In this document: positions 40,245 to 54,138 of the stretch, one piece after another
How the letters are laid out: each line of letters begins with the position of its first letter
Position numbering within the stretch: the stretch's first letter is position 1
Origin: Octopus vulgaris
Lineage: Eukaryota
NCBI GenBank assembly: GCA_951406725.2
Contig: OX597823.1
Location: forward strand, 56,420,001-56,484,000
Reading direction: 5' to 3'
Length of the DNA: 64,000 nucleotides
Notes under the pieces: generated by a model
Told to the model about the DNA's origin: nothing
The model's database searches: none
Seen by the model: the letters and a program-made list of their open reading frames with translations, nothing else
Translations under genes and position numbers: made by a program

Positions 40245-41036
40245 CAATAGTTAAGTAAAAGGAGAAAAAAAATTTATTAAGCTTAACGTAAAGAAATTTA
40301 GGCATTACTTAAATACAGAGGACTCTTGGATTACGTAGAGGCGTCGAGACCTCTATTTGTTTTAACATTGCTTCTAAATCATTGTTTTATATTAAAAAAA
40401 AAAACCCCATTAAAATATCAACGTAAACTTAACATTTAAAAATATATATTTTACTACGCTCCAATAGGAAGTCAGCAATTAGGCTGCTATTTCTAGCAGG
40501 GTTGCTCACTGCTGGAAGCACTTTCTCGTTTTACTACAATTTGCTTCTATTTATATTCCTCTTTCCTCGCCTGTCTATACCAGACCTAATCTGTCTGTTT
40601 ACTCGATGCGTATATGTGTGTGTTTGTGTGTACTGAATTCCTAACTTTCTATTTTATATAGCTTTTATCTACAATTGTAATGAATTTCTTCGCACTTAAA
40701 TGTCGAGGCGTTACTTTTTCTTTACGCCTCCGCCAACAACCACCTTCACACTCAGCTTTTATTTTGAATTTTGACAATAAATACTCGATTGTATTGTTTG
40801 CGATTTACCGGGTTTATTTTTTTTTAGAGCAAGCGGAATCGTTAGCATTTTCGGACAAAGTGTTAAGCGGCGTTTCTTCCTGGTTTACTTTCTGAGGTCG
40901 ACTTCGTGATATTGAAACTAGTGCGTGGTCGACTTTGCCATCCAATCTGTCGGAGTCGATAAAATAAGTGTCAACTGAGTACTGGGGTCGGTCAATGTAG
41001 TTGACTACCCCCCCACCCTGCTAAAATTGTTGTTAA

Positions 41037-41600
41037 GGCGGCGAACTGGCATAAACGTTAGCACGCCGGGTGAAATGCGTGGACGTATTTCGTCTGCCGT
41101 TACGTTCTGAGTTCAAATTCCGCCGAGGTTGACTTTGCCTTTTCATCCTTCCGGGGTCGATAAATTAAGTACCAGTTATGCACTGGTGGTCGATGTAATC
41201 GACTTAATCCGTTTGTCTGTCCTTATTTGTCCCCTCTGTGTTTAGCCCCTTGTGGGTAGTAAAGAAATAGGTATTTCGTCTGCCGCTACGTTCTGAGTTC
41301 AAATTCCGCCGAGGTTGACTTTGCCTTTTCATCCTTCCGAGGTCGATAAATTAAGTACCAGTTATGCACTGGTGGTCGATGTAATCGACTTAATCCGTTT
41401 GTCTGTCCTTATTTGTCCCCTCTGTGTTTAGCCCCTTGTGGGTAGTAAAGAAATAGGTATTTCGTCTGTCTCCATGTTCTGAGTTCAAATGCTTGCCGGG
41501 GTCGATAAATTAAGTACCAGTTATGCACTGGGGTTGATGTATTCGATTAGACCCCTCCCTCAAAATTTTAGGCCTTATACCTATAGTAGAAAGGATTATT
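41037..41600 (+). mobile_element. Family-B SINE head followed by a 186-bp-period tandem array of its body
   Basis: Units start at 41085, 41271 and 41457. Each complete unit has B-box-like GAGTTCAAATTCC and GCCTTTCATCCTTCCGGGGTCGATAAATTAAGTACCAG, which resembles the Deu/Nin SINE domain (recalled, not aligned). Confidence 0.85.
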
Positions 41601-41872
41601 ATTGTTGTTAGTTGACAGAATCGTTGGTACGCGGGGTAAATGCTAAGCGGCATTTCTTCTTTATCATTATTTTTTTTTTGCTCGAATCCCGCAGTAGTCA
41701 ACTTAGCCTTTCATCCTTTCGGGGTCAATGAAATAAAAAGTACCAGACGATTACTGGGGTTTATCTAATCGACTAGCCCACTTCCGCAAATTTCAGGATT
41801 AAGAATAATTTATAATTGTTATAAATTTGTGTTGATACTAGTGCCTGTTTGAATTCAACATGCTGCTATTTT

Positions 41873-42090
41873 CGGCGAGCTGGCAGAATAGTTAGCACGC
41901 CGGACGAAATGCTTAGCGGTATTTCGTCTGTCGCTACGTTCTGAGTTCAAATTCCACCGAGGTCGACTTTGCCTTTCATCCTTTCGGGGGCCGATTAAAT
42001 AAGTACCAGTTACGCACTGGGGTCGATGTAATCGACTTAATCCGTTTGTCTGCCTCCTCTATGTTTAGCCCCTTGTGGGCAATAAAGAAA
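41873..42090 (+). mobile_element. Family-B SINE
   Basis: GGCGAGCTGGCAGAA..TTAGCACGCCGG head through GCCCCTTGTGGGCAATAAAGAAATA tail. Other copies at ~10630-11110, 15232-15450, 34343-34498, 42946-43140, 44538-44757, 55935-56090 and 57288-57737. Confidence 0.85.
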
Positions 42091-43541
42091 TATATTTTCT
42101 TCAGCAATTGTCTCTGTGTAAGAGAGACAGACTGACAGACGCAGACTTCGTCGTAACTTTATTTCTTTTTTTTTTTTTTACATTAAACAAGCGGGGGAAA
42201 AAAATAATTCCTCCACAAACGCACCCTTTTTGACTTTGTTTCCTCATAGCTACCAGAAAAATTGATTTTTTTTTTCTTTGCAAATATGCTTCAGGTTGTG
42301 CAGATTCTGATTATCTTGGAATTTAGTGTGATTTTTGTTTTGTTTTCGAAGGTGGGGAGAGGAGTATCTGAAAATTCACAAAAGTCGGCTTTGTTTCTTC
42401 ATAACTTTGAGAAAAATGAATATTCTTTTAATGAAATTTTCTATAAATACCATTCAGATATATATTACGATTATATCGAAATTTGATATGATAAAAAAAA
42501 AAAAATGGTGGGCTCACACTCATATATACTGACATATCACACTTTTTTTCTTTTTCTTTTTTTTTTCATTTTAAATTTCGACAGTGTCGTATCTGAAAGG
42601 TATATATAGAGAAAATTTCATCGAAAAATACCCAGTTTTCGGAAAGCTAACTAATGTGAATTTTCCGAAACTTCTCTCCCGATACTCCTAATAACTTTTT
42701 TTCACATATTACCAATGTAATCGGAATTTACACCATCTGAAGCATAAATATATAGAAAATTTCCTTTAAGTTATTCATTTTTCTAGAAGTTATGAAGAAA
42801 GAAAATCAAGGCGGGGGCACATTTGTGTAGTTATACCTTTATTATTATTTTATTTATTTATATTATACTACTTTCAGTATCAGCGTTGTAAATTGTGTGA
42901 TTATAGAAATATGTTTATCAGAAATTAATATTAAGATAGCTTTTAGGCGGCGAGGTGGCAGAATCGCTAGCACGCCGGGCAAAATACTTAGCGACATTTC
43001 ACCTGTCTTTACATTCTGAGTTCAAATTCCGCCGAGGCCCTCTTTGCCTTTTAGGGTCGTACCAGTTCAGCAATAATGTCGATGTAATTGACTTACCCAC
43101 TCACCAAAAATTGCTGGCCTTGTGCCAGAATTTGAAACCAATTATTAAGACAACTTTTCCAATATGATGTATTTCTTCTTCGCTACTTCTTAATATAAAT
43201 CTGCGTCCATGCGTGTGTGTATGTTTATCTGTACATGCACAATCGCACACACAATATATATATATATGCATGTATTTTATTCTTTCCCTTGTGTCAGTCA
43301 TTGAAGTGTGTCCATGCTGAGGCACTGGACCGAAGAGTTTTAGTCGATCAGAAACCCACCCCCCGTACTTATTCTAATGGCTCCCCATTTTCCCGAACTG
43401 CTATGTAATGTAGAGGTAAACAAACTTACATAATTGTCAAGAAGTGAAGTACAACACACGCGCGCGCACACACACACACATTTAATGAGTTTCCGACAGT
43501 TTCCATTAAACCTAATTCACCCGTAAAACATTGATCGACCC

Positions 43542-43659
43542 TGCGAAGGTAAAGAATACGCACACCACCCGTTTTCGGCGGTTAGATTTAGGTTTAGGGC
43601 TAGGTTTGGGGTTAAGGTTACGCCGAGAACGGGTGGTGTTCGTATTCTTTACCTCCGCC
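43542..43659. mobile_element. Mini TIR element with telomere-like loop, inserted in a family-A SINE
   Basis: ~38-bp arms GCGAAGGTAAAGAATACGCACACCACCCGTTTTCGGCG / CGCCGAGAACGGGTGGTGTTCGTATTCTTTACCTCCGC around a TTAGGG-like loop; imperfect 8-bp flanks ATCGACCC/GTCAACCC. Confidence 0.8.
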
Positions 43660-43779
43660 GTCAACCCAAGCTTATATTAAAAGACACTTGTCTAAGTTAC
43701 TCTGCCAAGTGAGGACCGAACCCCAAGCTATGTAGTTGTGATGCAAAATCACTTTTTAACTACCCAGCGATACTTTCAG

Positions 43780-43894
43780 ATTTCCGGAATGATGGATTAA
43801 TTATGGAGGAAGTTAATGAATTGAGATACATAAAAATAACTAATGTCAATAACCTAGATTCCTTAACAATTAACACACTCTCTCCTGGCCTTAG
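43780..43894 (+). CDS. Candidate coding exon of an unknown gene
   Basis: TACTTTCAG| acceptor, open frame DFRNDGLIMEEVNELRYIKITNVNNLDSLTINTLSPGL, AG|GTATAA donor; phase-compatible with 44349. Confidence 0.3.
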
Positions 43895-44348
43895 GTATAA
43901 TTTTAATGTTTTAATTTGTGTAGGTTGTTTATACTTCGATTGAAGTTTGTAGCGCAGGATTGACGATTCACATCAAATCGTACTTTTCAACGGCTTTCAA
44001 ATGTTCTTAAATTTACTTGTTTTTCTGGGTGTGCTTGCTTACCTTACGAGGTAGTAAAGATTAGAACTGATTCCAGAAAGATTTGGTAATTTTCTTTCAC
44101 GTAAATAAATGTTTGTGTTAATTTAAGAATTTACCAGCAAAATCTTACAAAATGACGATGTTCTAAAATAATGTTTCATTTAGATGGAAATAAAATTGAA
44201 TTAAAACTTGCTATTACAAACAACATTGCTTTAGACTGCTATAATCGTAGTTAACGTTTCTATTAAATGAATATATGAGTAACTTTACTTCCTCTGTAAG
44301 TTTTGCACAATTATTGTAAATTTTTTCTTTATTCTTTCAATCTTTCAG

Positions 44349-44469
44349 GACAGGAGTCGTAACAGTTTCGTGTGTGTGTGAAATAAAACTGTTTTTTATT
44401 CAAATTTCTTCCAGAGCAATTAATGCGGTCTATAGTTCCAAGGGACGCAACCCTATTGATGTTTCGTGA
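44349..44469 (+). CDS. Candidate terminal coding exon of an unknown gene
   Basis: Strong polypyrimidine acceptor TTTTTTCTTTATTCTTTCAATCTTTCAG|, open frame (R)TGVVTVSCVCEIKLFFIQISSRAINAVYSSKGRNPIDVS*, ATTAAA ~30 nt downstream. Confidence 0.3.
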
Positions 44470-45085
44470 TGTTTCAATTTTGCTTCGTCTTTGATAATTA
44501 AATTAAATCTACCTAAATATTTGGTTATTGTTTATTATGAGCTGCCAGAATCGTTAGCACGCTGGGCAAAATGCTTAGCGGCATTTCGTCCATTTTTACA
44601 TTCTGAGTTCAAATTCCGTCGAGGTCGACCTTACCTTTCATCCTTTCAGAGTCGATAAAATAAGTACAAGTACCAGTTGAGTACTGGCGTCGATGTAATT
44701 GGCTATCCGCCTACCGTCTCCCACCCAAATTCAGGTCTTGTGCCTTTAGTAGAAAGTATTATTATTATTATTATTATTATTGAGTGAGAAGGAAGTGCAT
44801 GCCATCAAAGTAAGCCCAGTATACTCATCATGACAACCTGTCTGATAAGGGTACACCAGTGACATGCATCACAACCATACATGTGCTATATGGTGATCTC
44901 ATATCAAGAAAGACAGCGCATGCCCTTGCAGGTGGGGGCCCAGTTAGAATTTTCATCAGGTCGAGTATCCCATCCCACTCAAAAGATCCCTGAATAAGGG
45001 TTGTTTAAGGATGTTAAACAAAACACCATGTTTCCAGAGGTGAGTTATCCAAGCCCCAAAGAATTCCTCTCAATACGTGGCTATG

Positions 45086-45118
<33 letters not shown>

Positions 45119-45379
45119 ATCATCATCATCATCATTATTATTATATAAAGATGAATATATATTTAATATATTAATTTGTTTGTTTTTATCATTATTATTT
45201 TTATTATTATCATCATTATTATTATTATTATCATTATTATTATTATTATCATTACCATTATTATTATTATTATATAAGGATGAATATATATTTAATGTAT
45301 TAATTTGTTTTGTTTTTTTCTTTGCAGTTTCTTCAACAAATGACACTTGACTCTTAAAAAAAATCTCTATTTGAATTTA

Positions 45380-45420
<41 letters not shown>

Positions 45421-46994
45421 TAGGATTTCGACTTCCTTTAAGAGTTGAGAACTATATTAGTTGCAGTGCCATTTGCTTATATGGTGCCTGTAAAAGTTGG
45501 CTCAGGTACGAAATGTCCTGTCAGTATTCTCAGGTGGAATTCTGTAAAAAGAAAAAAAAAAAATTAAAAAAAAAAGAAAGAAAAACCATAACAATTAAAA
45601 ACCAGCAACTGCAGGAATCTAAATTAAGTAAGTATATAACTAATGACGGACAAGAAAGAAGAAAAAAAAAACAAAGAAAAATATGTAAAGAGAAATGACT
45701 GAAAAACAACAGACAATAATCTTGTCAACAAAGAAATTACTTTCATTCCCTTTCATTCGGGTGGGGTGGGAAAACTTTATAAAAATGATATCATTCATTC
45801 AAATATTCAGACATCATTTTAAGAACTATTCAGTGATTAAAGCTGTCCAAGGTGAATTTCCAGCACACTCCTGTACTTATTCAATACCTTACATTACATA
45901 CATACATGCTCATTCACTGTATGTTATATACATTCTGATACAATGTATTATGCATACATACATACATGCATACATACATAATACATACATGCATACATAC
46001 AACTATTAAAACAAAGAATTTTAACCTTCTTGAATTAGGAGAATGAACATGGAAATGCTTGGACTTATTCCAAAGATAAGGTTTATTTCTTTTTCTTGTA
46101 TCATTATTATTATTGTTATTATTATTATCATTATCATTATTATTATTATTATCATTATTATTATTATTATTATGCATTCTTCTTATATGCAATATATAAC
46201 TGATTGATGTTACATCTGTGACAAGAGAAGGAGGTGAGGAGAAGAAGGCAAAAAATGGTTAAGTACAACACGGACAGTTGAGGGGAAGGACAAAGTGTTG
46301 GCATATGTGAGAAGAGCACCAAACTAAATACCTTACAGCATTTAAGTCTCGTGTATCAATAATCTGTGTCCAAATCCTGCTTGGATTAAGTGAGCACCAG
46401 TGGGAGGGAATCATCATCGACTCAGTCAAATCCTTCTCTTCTGCACAGCACAGTTGCTCTTGTCCTTTATATGAAGAATCAACATCAGTGTTTTAAAATT
46501 ACCAAAAAAAGCAAACTCAAAAAAGAAAAAAATTATATCCCCACAATAAGACTTTATTGTTTTGCAGATGTAATAATAACAACAATAATAATAATAATAA
46601 TAATAATGATAATAACAATAAGGATAATAATATCTGATTGTTTGTTCGGGGAGGGGATGGATGGAGAAAAGTTGAAGTGTTGTTTTAAACGAGAGATTTA
46701 ATTACAGGTTTTGGTGTTTTCTCATTTTTGTTTCTCAATAATGCAGACTGATGTGTAAAAAAAAAAACAACAAAAGACCCCAGAAAAACAAAAAAAACCT
46801 ACCAAAACATTGGCTATATGACCGTTCTTTTTTTTTTTCTCAATTTTTTTTTGTTTTGTTTTGTTTTTTCCACTGATCTCTGTCTTACTGTAATATCTCA
46901 CTAAATACGTATCTATTGCATATTCTCTCTTTCACTCTCTCTTTTACAGCCCTTCCTTGTATGAGCTTAAAAACACATCTGTTAATATATGAGG

Positions 46995-47025
<31 letters not shown>

Positions 47026-47676
47026 AAATGAATGGCTTTAAATATCACAACATTAGACATTGGATGTTGAAAAGAAGAACAACAATATTAAAAAAAAATA
47101 ATAAAAGGATGTTTTTCAGGATCATTGCAATGCCTACTAAATTCAGTGTTGAACATTTGAAATAAATGAAAAAAGAAAAAAAATCAAACCAACTAAATAT
47201 GAAATTTCTTCTGTTACAAGAAAGCATCAAATGAAAGGGAATCTTGCCAGCTAGTATTCAAGCAAACATCATCATTCTTGTTCTCCAGAAACGATGGGGA
47301 AAAGAAACAAAAAAAAAAAAAAAAACACAAAAAACAACAAAATAAAATAAAATAATAAATAAGCAAACAAATATAAAATAAAAAGATATGTACAGAAAGA
47401 CTCATTAATTATACAGTGCTAATTATTTTTCTATATGTAACTTGGTTGATGAAGATTCACATCAACTGACATTTGAGTGATTTTGTCAAATGTTTGATAA
47501 AAAAAAATGAAGTGTTTTTCCAGCAAAAATGATAATAATAATAATAATTGCTTCTATTGATGTAGTTTCATGTCTCACCATTTCTTCTTCTTTTCTTGTT
47601 CTTCATTTACTTTAGTATACTATGTGTGTATATAGATATGTATATATATATATGTATATATATATATATGTATATA

Positions 47677-47730
<54 letters not shown>

Positions 47731-48735
47731 CATACACACCATACATACATGCACACACACACGCACATATATATATACATACATGCACACATATATATAC
47801 ATACACATGTGATTGTGAGGTATTTTAAAATCTCAAGGGTCTCAGTTTGCATCTTACTAACAGTTTACTCTTAGAATCTTGCAAAAACCATTCTCAATAG
47901 CCCAGTCATCCTAGCTGTATATGGCCATCATAAGGATTTATAGAAGCATAAAACAACACACACAAAAAAAAACTGCAAGACTAATCAGTTCATTAATTTT
48001 GGATTCAGCTCTATATTTAAATACTGTCTGTTTAACGAATACACTTAATTTCCATGCCCTGTCCCCTCACCCCATTTCAGTTGACCATTTAGAATAGGTA
48101 CCGAATGTTACCTTCATTGAACTAATACACTGTCCAGTTAATTTTGTCTTTCATTCACCTAAACACTGTGCAACTTAGAGCTAAGCTTTCTGTCTTTAAA
48201 TAGACACTTTTGGGGGTTTATTGAAGAGGCCTTATATTTAATAAGGTTTTTTTTCATTGCTTGTAATGTCCCCACCACCTCACCCTCACTTTTATTAGTT
48301 ACATGGATAATCCAACACGTTACGAAGGTTAATCGCATATCGAAGGCTAGTCTGATAAATGAAGATTGTGTGTTTTCAACAAGCTTTTCTCCTTTTTTAA
48401 ACAAGATTTCATCTCTCGCTTGACTGAGACAGCTCAAGTGCTGGCTGATCAACTAGCATAATTGTTTGACAGGTGGAATCACAGGTATGCATTGATATTT
48501 GTGTTTGTGTGTGTGTGTGCATGCAGCAAAACACACACATACACACACAAACACATATTATAATGCACCTATTTATTTGCATATTAATAAATTTTAGTCT
48601 TTTAAAATCTCTCACCTACATTTACACAGCCCTTCCACTCAATTCATAGATTCACCGTAGATGTGTGCATGTCTTCTTTTTATATACATATATATAAACA
48701 CACACACATATATGTATATATATATGTATATATAT

Positions 48736-48780
<45 letters not shown>

Positions 48781-49715
48781 TATATATATATGCATGTATG
48801 TATGGATATTATGTGTGTATGTGTATATATATGTATGTATGGATATTATGTGTGTGTGTATATATATATATAAATATAAGCATATGTATATGTATATATA
48901 TATATTCACAAAGTTATTAATTTATTTAAAAATATATACAAATGATATTTTATATTTTGATTTTTACAAAAAATTTTTTTCATCTATTTAATTAAGATTT
49001 TAATTAAAGCCCTGTTTTTATTTTATTTCATTTTTTTTTTATTTCTCTTCCTTCCATCATCGCATTATTTTTATAATAATCAGCAATAGTAGATCTTAAG
49101 TAGTTTTAGACCATTTAAAAGACTTTTTTAAAAAAATATATATATAAATAAAATTACAAAAAAAAAAACTCCCACAAAAAACTAAATTAAAAAAGTAAAA
49201 ACAGAACAAAGCAATTACCCAGAGAAATTAAAAGTTATTTATTCAGATATATAACAGAAATCTATCAAAAAAATATATATATGTATAATTTAAAAAAACA
49301 TTTTTTTTAATCCACACATGTCCCCAATATTGCAAATCCAGTGGCAGTTAAGTTGGCAGAAGTGGTACCAGGCATCACCCAGATTTGATGACACTTTGTG
49401 TGTGTGTGTGTGTGTGTTTCTAATTTTTAGTTCTTGTCGTGGATTGTTTGAAAATGCAAGTTTTGCGTGTTTGTTGTCCGTCATTCAAGATCAGTGAAAT
49501 GTATATTTAGTTTTATACTGGGTTGGTGGGGATGGGTGGGGGAGCTCAGTTTAGCTTAGTATATTATTACATTTACTTGACCCCCTTCAGAAATTGGTCT
49601 CATGACAGCTTGGGAGAAAAGGGAAAAAGAATAAAAATCAACACACAACATATAAGATGATTCAAAAGTCCTCTGAGCATGCATGAATACATACAGTCAT
49701 ATATATATATACATA

Positions 49716-49922
49716 CCGGAGTTAGCACATAAATGTGAAACAAGGTGGAAAAAAGAGTACTCAAATACCAGAGGTAGAGTAATATGCTTTATTTAAAAGC
49801 AGCAGAAATATAACAAAATATAACAAAAGCTGTTACTCAGAGTTTCATGTCCCCGTTCGTTGGGAACGTGAAACTCTGAGTAACAGCTTTAGTTATATTT
49901 CTGCTGCTTTTAAATAAAGTAT
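49716..49922. repeat. Tail plus ~60-bp-arm hairpin in (TA)n
   Basis: CTTTATTTAAAAGCAGCAGAAATATAAC..AAAGCTGTTACTCAGAGTTTCA and its complement. The tail is homologous to 52376-52480. Confidence 0.8.
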
Positions 49923-50181
49923 GTATATATATATATATATCTTAGGTCTTGGTAGGTTGTTGCAAACCTATGGTATTTCCAGGACCTCTCAACCCGAATA
50001 CAGGGCTTTCAACACTGTCAGGTTCCAGACCAATGCAGGAATTCTTCAGGTGTAGAAAATCCTTGTTTCCCAACAGTCACACTGTAATGTGGGTTTGGTG
50101 AAAAGTTAACTGTAATCCAAATAATAATAAGACAAAGAAATTCTTTAACATATCTTTGTCATATTATTTGGATTATATATA

Positions 50182-50582
50182 TAGGCGCAGGAGTGGCTGT
50201 GTGGTAAGTAGCTTGCTAACCAACCACATGGTTCCGGGTTCAGTCCCACTGCGTGGCATCTTGGGCAAGTGTCTTCTGCTATAGCCCCGGGCCGACCAAT
50301 GCCTTGTGAGTGGATTTGGTAGACGGAAACTGAAAGAAGCCTGTCGTATATATGTATATATATATATATATAAGTGTGTGTGTTTGTGTGTCTGTCCCCC
50401 TAGCATTGCTTGACAACCGATGCTGGTGTGTTTACGTCCCCGTCACTTAGCGGTTCGGCAAAAGAGACCGATAGAATAAGTACTGGGCTTACAAAGAATA
50501 AGTCCCGGGGTCGATTTGCTCGACTAAAGGCGGTGCTCCAGCATGGCCGCAGTCAAATGACTGAAACAAGTAAAAAAAAAAA
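50182..50582 (+). mobile_element. Family-A tRNA-derived SINE, full length, young
   Basis: A-box-like TGGCTGTGTGG, B-box-like GGTTCAGTCCC, CORE-like CTTGGGCAAGT, internal (TA)n(TG)n, 3' ACTGAAACAAGTAAAA. Confidence 0.88.
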
Positions 50583-51345
50583 AGAGATATGTGTGTGTGT
50601 GTTACATAATTGTTAAAGAGGATAACAAACGTTAAGGCAAGGCAAACATCTCAAGTCATATGCATTATTATTATTATTGGAAGAAAAAAAGTCTTACAGC
50701 TGTTTCTGAGATATTCCAGAGTATAGGATATTCCGTCATCAGAGATAAACAGAGAAAAGGAAAAGGATATATATTAATTAAACGATGACATAGAGGAAGG
50801 GAGTAAAGGAATAAGGAGATGAAGAGAGAGAAGAAATGGCATATAAGTGACCATGACTGCAACAGTCTCCCTAAATGGAATGCCAGCTCATCACAGGGTT
50901 ATCCACGTACAGCTGAGTTGGCTGGAGTCACATGAAAATAAAGTGCTTTGCTCAAGAGCAAAATACACTGCTTGATCTTGGAATTGAAACCATGATCTTG
51001 AGTGCAACACCCTAACTACTAGGCCATGCACCTTCACACACACACACACACACACATATATATTCTCACATGATCAGTAGCTTGTGGATTCATTTCCTGA
51101 GCCAGGTAATGTGTTGTGTACTTCATTTCTTATTGTTCCAATGTACTCAAATGAAATGAATACCAACCAGGGTATTCTGCTGTAAGAAGCATGCAAAGAT
51201 TAAGAAGGTGTCTATGTGCCTGCTCACAGTTTCATGGGATTAAAAAAACAATTGCTGTCAGCATAATAAATACTAGCAAGTCATCCTTGCATGTTATACA
51301 TGCACGTTGTTCCCTGTGTATATACATATATATATATATATAATG

Positions 51346-51625
51346 AAATACAAAATGGGACAAGAACGCAAAACATCCGGACAACTAGGTGATACAAAAA
51401 AACACGGACGGGTCATTCCAAGCCTTTTATCTTCAGTCAAGAACCGGATCATCCTCGCAATTTCGGCTGTTTAATCTTGAGATTGCTCCAATCTGGCCAG
51501 ACCCAAGGAAAAAACTACGTTAAGAGCATTAGATTCTTTGGAAAAAAGCATCGAATGTATATGAAACAAGGACGGAAAAACGGACGATGTTACACGAATA
51601 TAAATACAAAAATAATACAAAAAAC

Positions 51626-51656
<31 letters not shown>

Positions 51657-51742
51657 GGACACAACAACAGGCGTCTTTCGACTGGGGACGAATTGAATTC
51701 AGCTGGCGTGTTGGGAATTAAGCCTTACAGCAGAGGGAAGAA
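51346..51742 (-). mobile_element. PLE-like terminal repeat of a second family
   Basis: Shares AATACAAAATGGGACAAGAACGCAAAACAT...GGACGGGTCATT..AAGCCT..ATCTTCAGTCAA with the fold-back at 8332-8556; flanked by (TA)n. PLE assignment is inference. Confidence 0.5.
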
Positions 51743-53812
51743 TATATATATATATATATATAAAAAACAACATGATCTGTTATGACTGCCAAATTAATTA
51801 ACATGTTCAAAATGCTACAAGGTATATATTTCAAAAGATAATCATAATAGATAAAAAAAAAAAATTAAAAAGATTGTATTAAAAATGTATAAAAACAAGT
51901 TTGTAACAAATATATTATTTAAATGCTTAAGGGGTTTCTGAATCACCTTGTATTTAGGACAAAATTGTAAAATGTAGGTAAAACTCTATCAGACTACTGT
52001 ATTTTGTAAGTTCTTCTAGGCATATATGTGTGTATGTATATATGTGTGTGTATGTATGTATGTGTATATATGTATGTATGTATGTATATACCCAGTCTAA
52101 GGTTTATTAAGCAAAATACTCATTTTTATTGTAGGGACCACTTTACACATTTTAACTCACTACCAGCTCTCCCTGTGGAAAAATGGCTGTGTGCCTAGTC
52201 TAAAAGTTTGTATTGAAATAGAAATTAGAGTAGCAAAATGACTTATTAACATGACTTAACTTCTAACCTCTATGTCCTGAGTTCAATTGTGTGCCTGTGT
52301 GTGTGTATATATTTATATATCATCATCATATATATATATATATGTATGTATGTATATATATACACAAACACATGAGTAGGCACATAAATGCATAACAAGG
52401 TCGAAAAAATAGTACTCGAATACCAAAGGTAGAGTTATGTACCCTTTTATTAAAGGTGCAGAAATGTCACACAAAACTATATATATATATATGCTTTGAA
52501 TATACAGTTGTATTTCTTCTGTTTGTACCACCAAACATACACACACACACACATCAATAAATAGGGCATTGATTGGAATAAAAGTTGCCTTATCATATTT
52601 AGGTTTATGCCCCCTGTGTTTTGTGATGGAAATCACAGCAAGGTGGAGTTACCAGTAAATTTTTGCCCTCAAAAAAAATTGCTATATCTAAAAACTGAAT
52701 GTGTAAGAGTGAGGTGAATGTAGTGATCCATTCAACTGGTTACCTTGTCCTTCTCCTCATAACTGATTTGCTTTTAACTTTCTTTTGTGCCTGGTCAAAA
52801 AGAAGAAACTCCCCTAAGTTATGGTGAGTTTATCAAAATAATTAAATATATCTATAAATGGGAAAAAAAAAAACAACCTGTCAAGTGTTGGATTAAATAC
52901 CTGGGCCACGTTTAGTTTTCTTCCTATTGTGTTGTGAGGTCGAATCCAATAATTGACTTTACCTTCAGTTCTGTGTTTTTTTTTTTCATCTATGAAGAGT
53001 TGGGGTTTGGTATTGAGATTATATCAGTCACATTACTGGGAGGTAATGTGTGGGGTGGAAGGGAATACTTTCTTACAGGACAGTTATTAACCTCACTCAC
53101 CTCTCGCTCAATTTTGATAGAAATTAGACTTATATGTCTAGCGTTAAAAAAAAACCAAATCAATATTGAAAATAAGGGGATGCTAAAAGGGTTAAAAGAC
53201 CACCATCTCCTACACACACATACACACTCACACTCACACACAAAATATCTCCTCCCCATCCAAAGAAAAAACAACAAAATATAAAAATATTACCTTCTTG
53301 AAAAGAAAGAAAGTATTGTGTTTATTTATTTAATTTTCTAATACCGATCTCAGACACTGTAATAATAATAACAATAATGATAATAATAATAATAATAGCA
53401 ACAACAACAATAAATGTGTATATCAAACCACAGGGTCCTAATACTCTAAGATTGATACATCCCAGAGTGAGTTTGAATTTTTTTTTTTTTTTGAGTTTTT
53501 TTATCTCCTCACTTAACATGTTGCTTTGTGTGAAGAAAAAAAATTATAAAAAAAAAAGATAAAACCGAAAAAAAAAAGACACCGAGGAAGATATTCCTTG
53601 TAATGAAAATGTTTTCAAATGGTTGGCCACTGTTTAAAATATGATTAATATAACAACAGTAATTTAAAAAAAACAAAACAAAACAAAACAATATATTAAC
53701 AATAATAATAATAATAATAATAACAATAATTCACTAAGGCAGTGGTTGTTGATTGGAGACATTAAAGAAAGCAGAAAAACAGCAACTATAAAATATTTAT
53801 ATATATATATAC

Positions 53813-53857
<45 letters not shown>

Positions 53858-54085
53858 GTGTATATATATAATTTATGTGTGTGTATATATATATATGTAT
53901 ATATATTTATATATATATATATATATAAAGCCTTGAATAAATTTCTTTATGAACAGACTTGAACCTGTATTAAACTTCTTTTCATTTAAATGGCTTGCTA
54001 ATGCATTGAGATGTAAGAAATATAAACAACTTGTTTTGTGTCAATATATGCAGGTGTGTGTGCATGTGTATGTGTATATGTGTAT

Positions 54086-54138
<53 letters not shown>

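Noticed and set aside
45085-45315. Asn/Asp-rich ORF with internal repeat
   Set aside because: Compound (TTA)n/(TCA)n microsatellite with a local duplication.
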